Assembly (NCBI GenBank): GCA_965112735.1
Contig: OZ218965.1
Span: 1,240,001-1,304,000, forward strand
Reading direction: 5' to 3'
Origin: Phaeosaccion multiseriatum
Taxonomy: Eukaryota; Protista; Ochrophyta, other classes
Length of the DNA: 64,000 nucleotides
Position numbers and translations under genes: made by a program. The notes below the pieces were generated by a model. The model was not told the DNA's origin and did not search any database. It was given only the letters and a program-made list of their open reading frames with translations. Below, piece after piece: positions 37,299-47,738 of this stretch (positions are counted from its first letter, which is position 1; each line of letters starts with the position of its first letter).

Positions 37299-38384
37299 AT
37301 GGACGGACCGAGCCGAAAGCATGGCGGCAAAAGGCTCCAGCCAGCTCCACCCACCGACTCCTCGGCAGGGGAAGTATGTCTGACTTTGCATGGAGGCGGT
37401 GGTGCCGGTGCCGCTGTGGCGGCTTCTCCCGGTCCCGCTGCACTTGCTGGAGGCGAGGGAAGCGATGCTCAGACCTTCGAAGCTTGTGAAGAGGCTCTGG
37501 CCCAGTCTGTAATGCTCAGTAGCGTGATGGAGTGGACTGGTGGGGGCCACGACTTGTTCGTAGCGGCGGTGAGCAAGGAGTGGGAGGAGCACTACAGACG
37601 TCTTCATCCGGCCAAGACAACCCGGATCAGGAGTGTGGTTGAGTCTGAGGAGTGTTTGAGGTGGGCCAGGAAGTACGGGTATGAGCTGAATGTGAAGACT
37701 TTTGAGGCTGCGGCACAGTACGGAGACTTGCGTATTTGCAAGGCTCTTCACAGCATGGGGTGTGCCTGGGGTTTGACCGTATGCAAGGTTGCGGTGAGGA
37801 ATGAAAAGCACGGACTGAGCATCCTCCAATGGCTGCGATCCGAGGACCTACCCAGCAAGGAGCGGTGCCCGTGTGAGCAGCACTTAATTTGTGGCCAAGC
37901 TGGCAAGTGCGGCCATGTGGAGGTTCTTACGTGGCTGCTGTCCGACGAGTTTGAGGGCCCTCCTCAATTTGATATGTGGGTGGGGGCTGTGCGGGCGGGG
38001 CGCATTCGCGTGTTGGACATGCTTGTGCACCATCCCAAGATCAGAGCTAAGATGGAGGCGGCAGGTAACTACAGCGGGTGGAGGTGGGGGGCTAGCTGGG
38101 CGGCCCAGGAAGGCAATCTGGAAGTGCTGCAGTGGCTGCATGCAAACGCACGGGAGCTGTGCAGGTGGGATGAAGATGTCTGTTTTGAAGCAGTTTGTAG
38201 CGGTAAGAGCCTCTCTGTCCTGAAGTGGCTCCGCTCGGAGGAGGTCATGTGTCCCTGGGACAGAAGGGCATGCCCACGAGTCAACGCACATGGCCCATAT
38301 GGATGGGATATGCCCCCTGCCGCCTTTGAGGAGATGAAGCTGTGGGTGCACGCCAATGGTCACCCCTGCGAGTGCGAGGACTGA
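37299..38384 (+). CDS. F-box-like + ankyrin-like repeat protein, subfamily A copy 3
   Basis: 361-aa intact ORF; paralog of A1/A2. Confidence 0.87.
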   Translation: MDGPSRKHGGKRLQPAPPTDSSAGEVCLTLHGGGGAGAAVAASPGPAALAGGEGSDAQTFEACEEALAQSVMLSSVMEWTGGGHDLFVAAVSKEWEEHYRRLHPAKTTRIRSVVESEECLRWARKYGYELNVKTFEAAAQYGDLRICKALHSMGCAWGLTVCKVAVRNEKHGLSILQWLRSEDLPSKERCPCEQHLICGQAGKCGHVEVLTWLLSDEFEGPPQFDMWVGAVRAGRIRVLDMLVHHPKIRAKMEAAGNYSGWRWGASWAAQEGNLEVLQWLHANARELCRWDEDVCFEAVCSGKSLSVLKWLRSEEVMCPWDRRACPRVNAHGPYGWDMPPAAFEEMKLWVHANGHPCECED

Positions 38385-39466
38385 GTGACCACGGCAGACA
38401 GCGCGGCCCCTCCTGCGTCAAGCATCGTCTTGTTTCGCACACGGTGCCATAGAAAGGGGCTTCACTTCAGCCCCTCTCTCTTTGTGAGAAGTGTGCTTCT
38501 TCTTCCAGCCGAATCAATGGATACCATAAAGCTTAACACGTACGTATAATATATAGACAGTTTGACTTGGCCCTTTCCCTCTGCGAAGCCTTTGGTCGAG
38601 CAGTGCCACGCACCCCTCTCCAATGACTTATTTGAAACGCCCTTCCCCTTTCTCATCTTCTACTGCTGCCCTTATTCAACCCCCCGCGGAGAGCGCCAAG
38701 CAGGAAGTCTATTGTGTGAGCTCTTCATTGCCTTAACCCTAATCACGCATGCCCCCACAAGGCCTGCCCCATTCCGCTTGCCTCGCTGCTCTGCACGGGC
38801 GGGTGGGCGCCTTCCCCAAAGCCAGGGCCGCAATGCTCTGCCCTGTTCCACTCCCAAACGCTCTGGAGGAGCGCATGCAATAGCAATAGTGGGGCAGCAC
38901 CACCACTCACACTCACAGTAGAAGGAACACCTCAACTCCACTTTGCAAAAATAACAACCCTATCATACAGACTGCCTTCCCCTTCTGTCCCCCCTCCGTC
39001 TCATTCTTACCCTGGACCTCATTCCTCTTCCTCTCCGCCTCCTCCTTCCCCCTCCCGTCCTTCTTCATCTCCTCTGCGGCTTCGCTCAGCGGCCCCGCCC
39101 GCGCTGCCCCCACCCGACGTGTGTACCCCGTGCTTGCATCATCCCTGAAGCACCACCGTCTTGCTCGAGTGGAGCAGCCAAAGGGGGCTGGGTCGGTCTG
39201 GGTGACGGGCTGTGGGGTGGGGGCAAGAGGGGGCAGGCAGAGGCGGGAAAGGGAGCAGTGAAGAGGATCAGAGAACAGATAGCAGCAGAACAAGCAGCAG
39301 ATGGGCATTCGGTAACCTCAAAAGCACCGCCAAGCCAGAGAGCACTCCCATCCGCCCCGCTCACCTCGACTTGTTGCCCCCCCTATTCGAAGAGGCTGTC
39401 GCCGCCTTCTCAGGGCCGCCTCCCTTCCTACCCGTCCTGCCTCCGTCTCGAAACGCTTCCTGCCAG

Positions 39467-40492
39467 TCAGTCCTCGCAGTCGCAGGGGTGACCATTGTCG
39501 TGCACCCACTGCTTCATCTCCTCAAAGGCGGCAGGGGGCATATACCAGAGATCATCGACTCTGTCTTTAATGTACTCCGGGCATGCCGACTCGTCCCAGG
39601 GACACATGACCTCCTCCGAGCGGAGCCACTTCAGGACAGAGAGGCTCCTCCCGTGGAAAATTGCTTCAAAACAGACATCTTCATCCCACCTGCACAGCTC
39701 CCGTGCGTTTGCATGCAGCCACTGCAGCACTTCCAGATTGCCTTCCTCGGCCGCCCTGAGAGCCCCATCCCTCCACCCGCTGAGGTCCCCTGCCGCCTCC
39801 ATCTCAGCTCTGACCTTCGGATGGTGCACAAGCATGTCCAACGCGCGAATGCACCCCGCCTGCACAGCCCCCTCCCACATATAATATAGAGGAGGGCTCT
39901 CAAACTCGTCGGACAGCAGCCACGTAAGAACCTCGACATTGCCGCACTCGCCAGCTTCGTGCCCGACGTCATTCTGTGACCAAGGACCTTGCTCCTTGTT
40001 GGGGAGGTCCTCGGATCGCAGCCACTGGAGAATACGCAGTCCATGCCTAGCATTCCTCACAGCCGCCCCACAGGCCGTTGTATCCCAGGGGCAGTGCATG
40101 CGGTGAAGCAGCTCCTCGCACACGCTCACATCTCCGTACTCTGCCGCCGCTCTGGAAGTGCCCACACTCAGCTCGAACCCACATTTCTCCTTGGCCCACT
40201 GCAAGCACTTGACAGACTCCACCACGCTTGGAAGGGAAGTCTCGGCTGAAGGGTGGGCCATGCTGTAGTGCTCTTTCCATTCCCTACATACCGTGGCGGT
40301 GAAGACGTGGCGGCCCTTCCCCACAAGGGGCATGATTTTCTGCAGGACCTCCTCCATTCCCAGGGCCTTGGCACTGGCCACGTACGTCTCCTGCACAGCA
40401 CCTTCGCCCTCGGCAGTCTCCGCGGTATAACTTGTCACACCTTCCTCCGTGCCCAGGCGCTGCCTCTTGGAGGCATCCTCTGCCTCTGCCAT
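39467..40492 (-). CDS. F-box-like + ankyrin-like repeat protein, subfamily B copy 3
   Basis: ATG at 40492 (MAEAEDASKRQRL); intact paralog of B1/B2. Confidence 0.87.
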   Translation of the reverse strand: MAEAEDASKRQRLGTEEGVTSYTAETAEGEGAVQETYVASAKALGMEEVLQKIMPLVGKGRHVFTATVCREWKEHYSMAHPSAETSLPSVVESVKCLQWAKEKCGFELSVGTSRAAAEYGDVSVCEELLHRMHCPWDTTACGAAVRNARHGLRILQWLRSEDLPNKEQGPWSQNDVGHEAGECGNVEVLTWLLSDEFESPPLYYMWEGAVQAGCIRALDMLVHHPKVRAEMEAAGDLSGWRDGALRAAEEGNLEVLQWLHANARELCRWDEDVCFEAIFHGRSLSVLKWLRSEEVMCPWDESACPEYIKDRVDDLWYMPPAAFEEMKQWVHDNGHPCDCED

Positions 40493-41392
40493 GGCGTGTG
40501 TGTTGCCCACTTCGCCAGAGTATCTGCAGCGCTTCAAAGAAATGACTAATGGCCCCACCTTCTCTGTGCTATCATGCAGCAATGGCGGCCTTGTTTGCGC
40601 CGGCCCCGCGCTGCCTCCGTCTCTTCGGGTCGTGTGGCGACTACAGATGTCCACTATCATCAGCATCACCATCACTACACTCTTCTTTCCGCTGTTACTG
40701 AGAGGTCAATTCCTCCGGGGTCAAGCACCATTTCTCCCTTACTTCAATGAGGCCGGCACTCATTTATTTACGCGGGAAATGCTCACATCACCCTGCTGCT
40801 GCTGCTGTTGCTGTCTTTGGTTGTGGGAAGGGAGAAGAAGAAGGAGGAGGCTTTGCGGCCTTCGTCGGCATCACTCATTACGGCACTTTGCCTGTTTTCT
40901 GAACTCTCTTTCTTCCCGCTGTTATTGAGAGGTCAATTCCTTCCTTGAATACCTGCCGGGGCCGACGCTGAACGACCAACTTGCCTTGTATCCCTCTCAA
41001 CTCACTCTCCACGCACCACCTCCGTTCCTCTTCGACCAAGCAGCAGGTAGGAGTGTGGCGCTGAAGAGTGCAGGCTGGAGGAGGCTTAGAGCAGTCGAGG
41101 CCGTGCGGAGAGATGGTGATCGAGTCCATCGAATTCAGCTTCCATCCCCTCCCCTTCTCTTCGGCTCTTCGGGGGGGGTCTCGGCAAAGGCCCAACAGCA
41201 GGGGAGGTACCGATGCCGCCTTTTCCTCACACTGCGTGTCATTTCCGTCCTGTCAATCCCCCTCCCCCTTCTCTTCTCTCGTCGTACCAGGCTTCGCTGA
41301 GGAAAGCTAAAAGGCTTCTTCCCCCCCATCACCTGCCCCACACCGCACATCATACGTGCCAACCAGTCATCCAGAGTGGGACCGCAGAAGAC

Positions 41393-42481
41393 ATGGACGT
41401 ACCGAGCCGAAAGCATGGCGGCAAAAGGCTCCAGCCAGCTCCACCCACCGACTCCTCGGCAGGGGAAGTATGTCTGACTTTGCATGGAGGCGGTGGTGCC
41501 GGTGCCGCTGTGGCGGCTTCCCCCGGTCCCGCTGCCCTTGCTGGAGGCGAGGGAAGCGATGCTCAGACCTTCGAAGCTTGTGAAGAGGCTCTGGCCCAGG
41601 CTGTAATGCTCCGTAGCGTGATGGAGTGGACTGGTGGGGGCCACGACTTGTTCGTAGCGGCGGTGAGCAAGGAGTGGAAGGAGCACTACAGACGTCTTCA
41701 TTGGGCCAAGACAACCCGGATCAGGAGTGTGGTTGAGTCTGAGGAGCGTTTGAGGTGGGCCCTGAAGTACGGGTATGAGCTGAGTGTGAAGACTTTTGAG
41801 GCTGCGGCACAGTACGGAGACTTGCGTATTTGCAAGGCTCTTCACAGCATGGGGTGTGCCTGGGGTCGGGCCGTATGCATAGCTGCGGTGAGGAATGAAA
41901 GGCACGCACTGAGCATCCTCCAATGGCTGCGAGCGGAGGACCTGCCCAACAAGGAGCGGTGCCCGTGGCGGCTGTACTCCATTTGTGGCGAAGCTGGCAA
42001 GTGCGGCCATGTGGAGGTTCTTACGTGGCTGCTGTCCGACGAGTTTGAGGGCCCTCCTGAATTTGATATGTTGGAGGGGGCTGTAAAGGCGGGGCGCATT
42101 CGCGTGTTGGACATGGTTGTGCACCATCCCAAGGTCAGAGCTGAGATGGAGGCGGCTGAGGGGGACAGCGAGTGGAGGTGGGGAGATTTCTGGGCAGCCA
42201 GGCAAGGCAATCTGGAAGTGCTGCAGTGGCTGCATGCAAACGCACGGATCGAGCTGTGCACGTGGGATGAAGATGTCTGTGCTGAAGCAGTTCGTGGCGG
42301 TAAGAGCCTCTCTGTCCTGAAATGGCTCCGCTCGGAGGAGGTCATGTGTCCCTGGAACGAGTCGGCCTGCCCACAGTACTTTGAAGGAGTGATTCATGGA
42401 TGGGATATGCCCCCTGCCGCCTTTGAGGAGATGAAGCAGTGGGTGCACGCCAATGGTCACCCCTGCGACTGCGAGGACTGA
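41393..42481 (+). CDS. F-box-like + ankyrin-like repeat protein, subfamily A copy 4
   Basis: ATG at 41393 (MDVPSRKHGGKRL); intact; carries the B-type C-terminus (CDCED). Confidence 0.87.
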   Translation: MDVPSRKHGGKRLQPAPPTDSSAGEVCLTLHGGGGAGAAVAASPGPAALAGGEGSDAQTFEACEEALAQAVMLRSVMEWTGGGHDLFVAAVSKEWKEHYRRLHWAKTTRIRSVVESEERLRWALKYGYELSVKTFEAAAQYGDLRICKALHSMGCAWGRAVCIAAVRNERHALSILQWLRAEDLPNKERCPWRLYSICGEAGKCGHVEVLTWLLSDEFEGPPEFDMLEGAVKAGRIRVLDMVVHHPKVRAEMEAAEGDSEWRWGDFWAARQGNLEVLQWLHANARIELCTWDEDVCAEAVRGGKSLSVLKWLRSEEVMCPWNESACPQYFEGVIHGWDMPPAAFEEMKQWVHANGHPCDCED

Positions 42482-42687
42482 GTGACCAGGGCAGACAGCG
42501 CGGCCCCTCCTGCGTCAAGCATCGTCTTGTTTCGCACACGGTGCCATAGAAAGGGGCTTCACTTCAGCCCCTCTCTCTTTGTGAGAAGTGTGCTTCTTCA
42601 AAAAATCGATATGTCGATATTTGATGTCGATCTTTGCATGTCCCTGTCGTCCACAATCAATTACATTGGAAGAGAGAAAAAGAGAGC

Positions 42688-44148
42688 ATGAGTAAAAAAA
42701 GCATCCTGGATACGCTGACGGAGGAGGAGCGGGAGGACTACGAGGAGGCTTTCAAGTGCGTCGAAATGCCCGCCCTTCTATTTGTAGCTCTCACTTGCCT
42801 CCTCCTGATCGATCCCTGATCCCTTCCCTCTTCCCCAAGTGTCGTTGTCTTCTGTTTATGGACTGAATTGCGTGCAATGCTCTGCTCCGCCGCAACCACC
42901 CCTTTGCGAACTGTCGATTGCCACTCTCTCTTTGCGAGCTGTGAAAGGCCATTCCCCACTCTTCCTTCAACCCCCCCCCCCCGCCCCTTCTCCCTCCCTC
43001 TTCCCTTGTCTCTGCACTGCAGGAACTTCGACAAGGATGGAGACAATACAATTTCCCAGGAGGTGAGGGGAGGGGAGGGGAGGGGAGGGGAGGAGCGAGC
43101 AGGCAGTAGCAGCTAACGCCTTTGTCGTATAGCTCAGCCCCCTTCACGGATTCCGGACTGTGCCCTAAAATGAGAGCTATATCGGCGGCCAGGCCGACAA
43201 GGCAGCGGCCGCCCTTAATATTGATCGGACTCTTCATTCGCTAATGCGTGTGCGATGCTGCCGCTGCTGCTGAATCACCAAATATCGTGCTTCTCGGGTG
43301 CCACTCAGGAGCTGGGTACCGTGATGCGAAGCCTCGGCTACAAGCAAACGGACGCGCAGCTGGAGGAGATGTTCAAGTCTGTGGATGAGGATAAATCCGG
43401 CGAAATGTACGGGCGTGTGGGTACAGGGGAGAGGGAGGAAGGGAGGGGGAATGCGGGGACGTCGAGGGCAGTAAGAGCCTGGTGGGGAGGAAAGTAGTGA
43501 TTGGGGACCTGTGAAGCCGTGCCTTGCCGCTGCAACGGTGTCTTAACGCTTTTCTTACGGCACCCACCACCGCTCCCCCCTTTGCAGCGACTTTGAAGAG
43601 TTTGTGACGATGATGAAGAGGTCGGACGTGAAGACGGACTACGAAACAGAGCTACTCGAGGCATTCGAGTTCTTCGATCAGGTATATCGGGCTGGGAGAC
43701 GGAGGGAAGAGCAAGGAGGGAAGGGGGGGGTCGGGAGAGGGAGGGCAGAGTAAGGAGGGAAGGTCTTCTGGACGGAGGGTAGGAGGTAATGCGCAGCACC
43801 GCAGCCTCAAGCCATTGTCCTTGTGGTGGCGCCTTTCTCTCCCGAGTGAGAATGGCACCATATATCAATCATAGTGATGTGCTGCTGTGACCATCAACCA
43901 CCCCCCTTCCTTCTTCCCCTGCACTTGTTAGGATGGCAACGGACAGATTACGCCGGACGAGCTGGCGGACATTATGCGTGGGCTTGGCGCCAAGCTGTCG
44001 GAGAATGAGGTCAAGATGCTTATCGACTCCGCAGGTGAGGCGGGGCAAGCCCTGCTTTTTTCATCTCCCCAGCTCTCCCCACCTGCGGCTCTGTACGGCT
44101 CTGCTGGAGTTGCAGTTTCAGCTTCCTCGGCCGAAGAGGGAGGGGGGA

Positions 44149-44203
<55 letters not shown>

Positions 44204-44920
44204 TGTGTGTGTCCGGACGCGCACGGTCCAAGCCGTGGGTTTCCGAGACGCAATGGAGATTTGGCCTGGCCTGCGCGGATGGGGTGTAGTGAAGGACTCA
44301 ACTGTGCACCTGCCATCCTCCCCCTGCCCTCAACTGTGCACCTGCCATCCTCCCCCTGCCCTCAACTGTGCACCTGCCATCCTCCCCCTGCCCTCAACTG
44401 TGCACCTGCCATCCTCCCCCTCCCCCTGCCCACCCTCCCTTCAGATAACGACAAAGACGGCAAGATTGGCTTTGACGAGTTCTCAAGGGTAAGTGTGGTT
44501 GATGTGCCTTCTTCCGTCTCAACCACGAGTCAGTCCTGTGTACACACACACACACGCACACGCACACGCACACACACACGCACACACACACTCACACACA
44601 CACACACGCACACACACACACACACACACACAGAAACGTACACGCACACACATACACACACACAGAAACGCACACCCACACACATACATACACACACACA
44701 CATACACACACACATACACACACACACACATACACACACGCACACACACTCACACAAACACACACACACACACACACACATACACACACACACGAACGCG
44801 CCCGAGCCGAGGAATGGTGGAGGGTCCCCAGCGCAGGTGCCCTTTCCGTGTTTGCATCCCTCTGATGTCGCGTGGTCAACACCTGCCTGCCCGTCTCTCC
44901 CTCAGGTCATGTCCAACTAG
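42688..44920 (+). CDS. Calmodulin-like protein, four EF-hands, 7 exons
   Basis: Spliced product MSKKSILDTLTEEEREDYEEAFK|NFDKDGDNTISQE|ELGTVMRSLGYKQTDAQLEEMFKSVDEDKSGEI|DFEEFVTMM...LLEAFEFFDQ|DGNGQITPDEL...IDSA|DNDKDGKIGFDEFSR|VMSN*. Four canonical loops, but divergent from true calmodulin. Confidence 0.92.
44297..44420. repeat. 32-bp tandem repeat x~4 in calmodulin-like intron
   Basis: CTCAACTGTGCACCTGCCATCCTCCCCCTGCC repeated just upstream of the acceptor. Confidence 0.88.
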
Positions 44921-45480
44921 GCAGATGGATACCCAAAACATTCGGCAGCGCCTCGTTCCGTTTTGAATTTCAGGTTGTTGGTGTGGTCTCCAAGGGAGAA
45001 GGAGGGACTTGGCTCCACAGCCCAGGCCCAAGCAATCGACCGTGGCGCCGCTGAGCAGATGATAATGATGATGAGATGATGAGCGGGTCATTCGAGAGAA
45101 TCGTCCCGTTGAGTGTGGTAGTGGGGGCCGCCCCCCAGGGTTCGGCATGACCCCCCTCGGGGACGTGTGGTGCAGCAGGCTATGGACAGTACGAGGCGAG
45201 GCAAGGCTTTTTCTTCTGTGGTTGGCTCTGGCTCCTTCGGGTGTTCGTTCGGTGTAGCTGCACGACCGCCCTTCCTGGGACGAGGCGATGCAAGGCTTTT
45301 TCTTCTGTGGTTTGCTGTGGTTCCTTCAGGGGTTCGTTCGGTGTAGCTTCACTTCACTCCGTTGTGGGTCCGTCCCAGGAAGACTTGCTGTGCTGTGATT
45401 CGGTCAAACCATTGGCGATGGTACCTGATGGACACAAGTGTGCGCGAGTGCTGGACTCTTGTATCCAGGTGTACATCACC

Positions 45481-45518
<38 letters not shown>

Positions 45519-46091
45519 GTGGAGAGCCAGCGGCCAATTCCGACTCAAAAGCAGGGGCCTGGCCCCCCAGGGAGGGAAGAGAGGTTGAGTAAAGAGGGTC
45601 GGGGGGCGGGGGGGGGGGAGGGTTCCCTGGACTTGGGGGTCTCGTTTCTTCGTTTGTTCGTTGGCTCGGTCGCGAAACGCATACACTAAATAAACTAAAT
45701 AGAAATAGAGGGCTTTTGTGCACTTTCTTGTGCTCGTGGCTCGGGATGAAGCGCTCGGGGGGTGGGGGAGCTCCTGTTCTATCCGAGGCGAAGAGGGGCT
45801 GACCATACACCAGTTGACCCTCGACCACACAAGTAGACTTCACATACACCAGTTGACCCTCGACCACACAAGAAGGTCGTACCGCTCCCTAGCAACACGG
45901 CACAGCTTTGGTTTGCTTTGTTTGCTATGTTGACTGACTTGTCGGTGTTCCAATGCAATTTAATTCTAATGCTATTTTGTAAGTTGTTTTGTCCATTAGA
46001 AGAATAACACTTCCCGGGTCATTTTTGGCAGGACAACGTGGGGCCTGCACGGCCGAATTTCTCTCTTGAAAGTCCCAGACCCTACACATGC

Positions 46092-46555
46092 ATGGTGTTG
46101 ATGGTGTGTGATGGTGTGTGATGGTGTGTGATGGTGTGTGATGGTGTGTTGATGGTGTGTGATGGTGTGTGATGGTGTGTGATGGTGTGTGATGGTGTGT
46201 GATGGTGTGTGATGGTGTGTGATGGTGTGTGATGGTGTGTTGATGGTGTGTTGATGGTGTGTGATGGTGTGTTGATGGTGTGTTGATGGTGTGTGATGGT
46301 GTGTTGATGGTGTGTGATGGTGTGTGATGGTGTGTTGATGGTGTGTGATGGTGTGTGATGGTGTGTGATGGTGTGTTGATGGTGTGTGATGGTGTGTTGA
46401 TGGTGTGTGATGGTGTGTGATGGTGTGTTGATGGTGTGTTGATGGTGTGTTGATGGTGTGTTGATGGTGTGTGATGGTGTGTGATGGTGTGTGATGGTGT
46501 GTTGATGGTGTGTGATGGTGTGTTGATGGTGTGTTGATGGTGTGTTGATGGTGTG
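46092..46555. repeat. 10/11-bp satellite (GATGGTGTGT / GATGGTGTGTT)n
   Basis: About 460 bp made of two interspersed unit lengths; intergenic. Confidence 0.92.
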
Positions 46556-47738
46556 GAGTCTGCAAACCGCACAGCCGTAAATCCATACATCCAGAAATGG
46601 TGGGCCTTACACCCGTTGTGCCTTCCTTTTCCACAGACCCCACACAATGTGTTGGGGGTTGCTAGTCATCTTTGCTCTCTACTGTGTGCGAGTTTCTGGA
46701 CCAGCAAGTAGAGCGCCCACATAAGCCTCTCTGACCCAGAGGGAGTGGTTGGGGCTACCAGCAGCCCCAGCACTTGCTTGTAGCAGGAGCACCAGCAAGG
46801 GAGGCAAAGGGGGGTGGCAGCAGAGCAGTCACCAGGGGAGGAAGCCAGGCGCGGCAGCTGCGGTAGATACAGCTAAGGAACAAGGGGTGACAGCAGGAGA
46901 GGCGGGCGCGGCGACAGCTTCCTCTACAGACTCTCTCATGGACACCCCATTTGTTTAGTGTCTCGACTTCTGGGCCATTTTCAGTCACATTCTCTCATGT
47001 GTCCCACCACCTTTGAAAGGCGCTGAAGCGCTGAAGCGGCTACTCCTACTGACCTGACAAGCACAACACGTTGATGTGCTCTATTCCCGTATCGCTCCCT
47101 TCCTCCTCTCCCGCCAAATATCTCACCACAATGAGCTCGCCACCTTTAGCAACTCACCCTATCAGGCATCCGATGGGAGGCTTGGCCTCTATAGAAGCTC
47201 CCCCACATATCAGTGAAGCGTTCCTGCGCAAAGATGTACATTATTGGAGCGCAGAGAGCTGTTGTGAGGAGGGGAAAGTAGATCCTTTCATCAGCTCTTC
47301 CGTGCTACTTTGGGAAGATTGTCGGGTGCAGCTTGAAGAGATGGACGGCACGAACCACCTATAAAGCTGGCCACTCGAGCAAGTCATTGAACGATCAAGT
47401 GCATATTTCCCATCTCTCTCTCCTTCTCCCTTCTTCACACAACAAAGTACCCGACGTGCTCACTGTGCCCTCAAATTTCGCCTCCCCTTCTCACCGACGT
47501 TTGAAAGCAATCCAAGGCGTATTTTACATTACCAGGGACGCACAGCCTAGAACTCACTCTTGTCTCCCCATATACCCCACCCTCTCTCTCCTCCGTCTAT
47601 TGTAGCTCTCGCGCGGGAAGAAGAGAGTTAAGCAATTTTTAGAACAGATTCCATTTGGGTAAAAAAGTCAACAAAAGATCACCGGGGGGCGTACGTGAAA
47701 CACAAAAGGGTGGTCGCCCGGATCCACCGCCCAGATCC

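Larger units (their letters stand above)
29755..42599. repeat. Tandem segmental array, ~3.8-kb unit (A+ gene, 1.1-kb spacer, B- gene, ~0.6-kb spacer) x3.3
   Basis: A stops at 30747/34576/38384/42481 and B stops at 31875/35663/39467 (period ~3.8 kb; the last is 4.1 kb because of an insertion). Spacers are near-identical between units. Confidence 0.95.

Noticed and set aside
29779-42460. Long antisense ORFs overlapping the array genes
   Set aside because: Shadow frames of GC-rich coding sequence; lengths are inconsistent between copies.
46650-47620. Non-repetitive intergenic stretch with short broken ORFs (possible pseudogene or TE relic)
   Set aside because: No recognisable domain or termini; needs a translated homology search.
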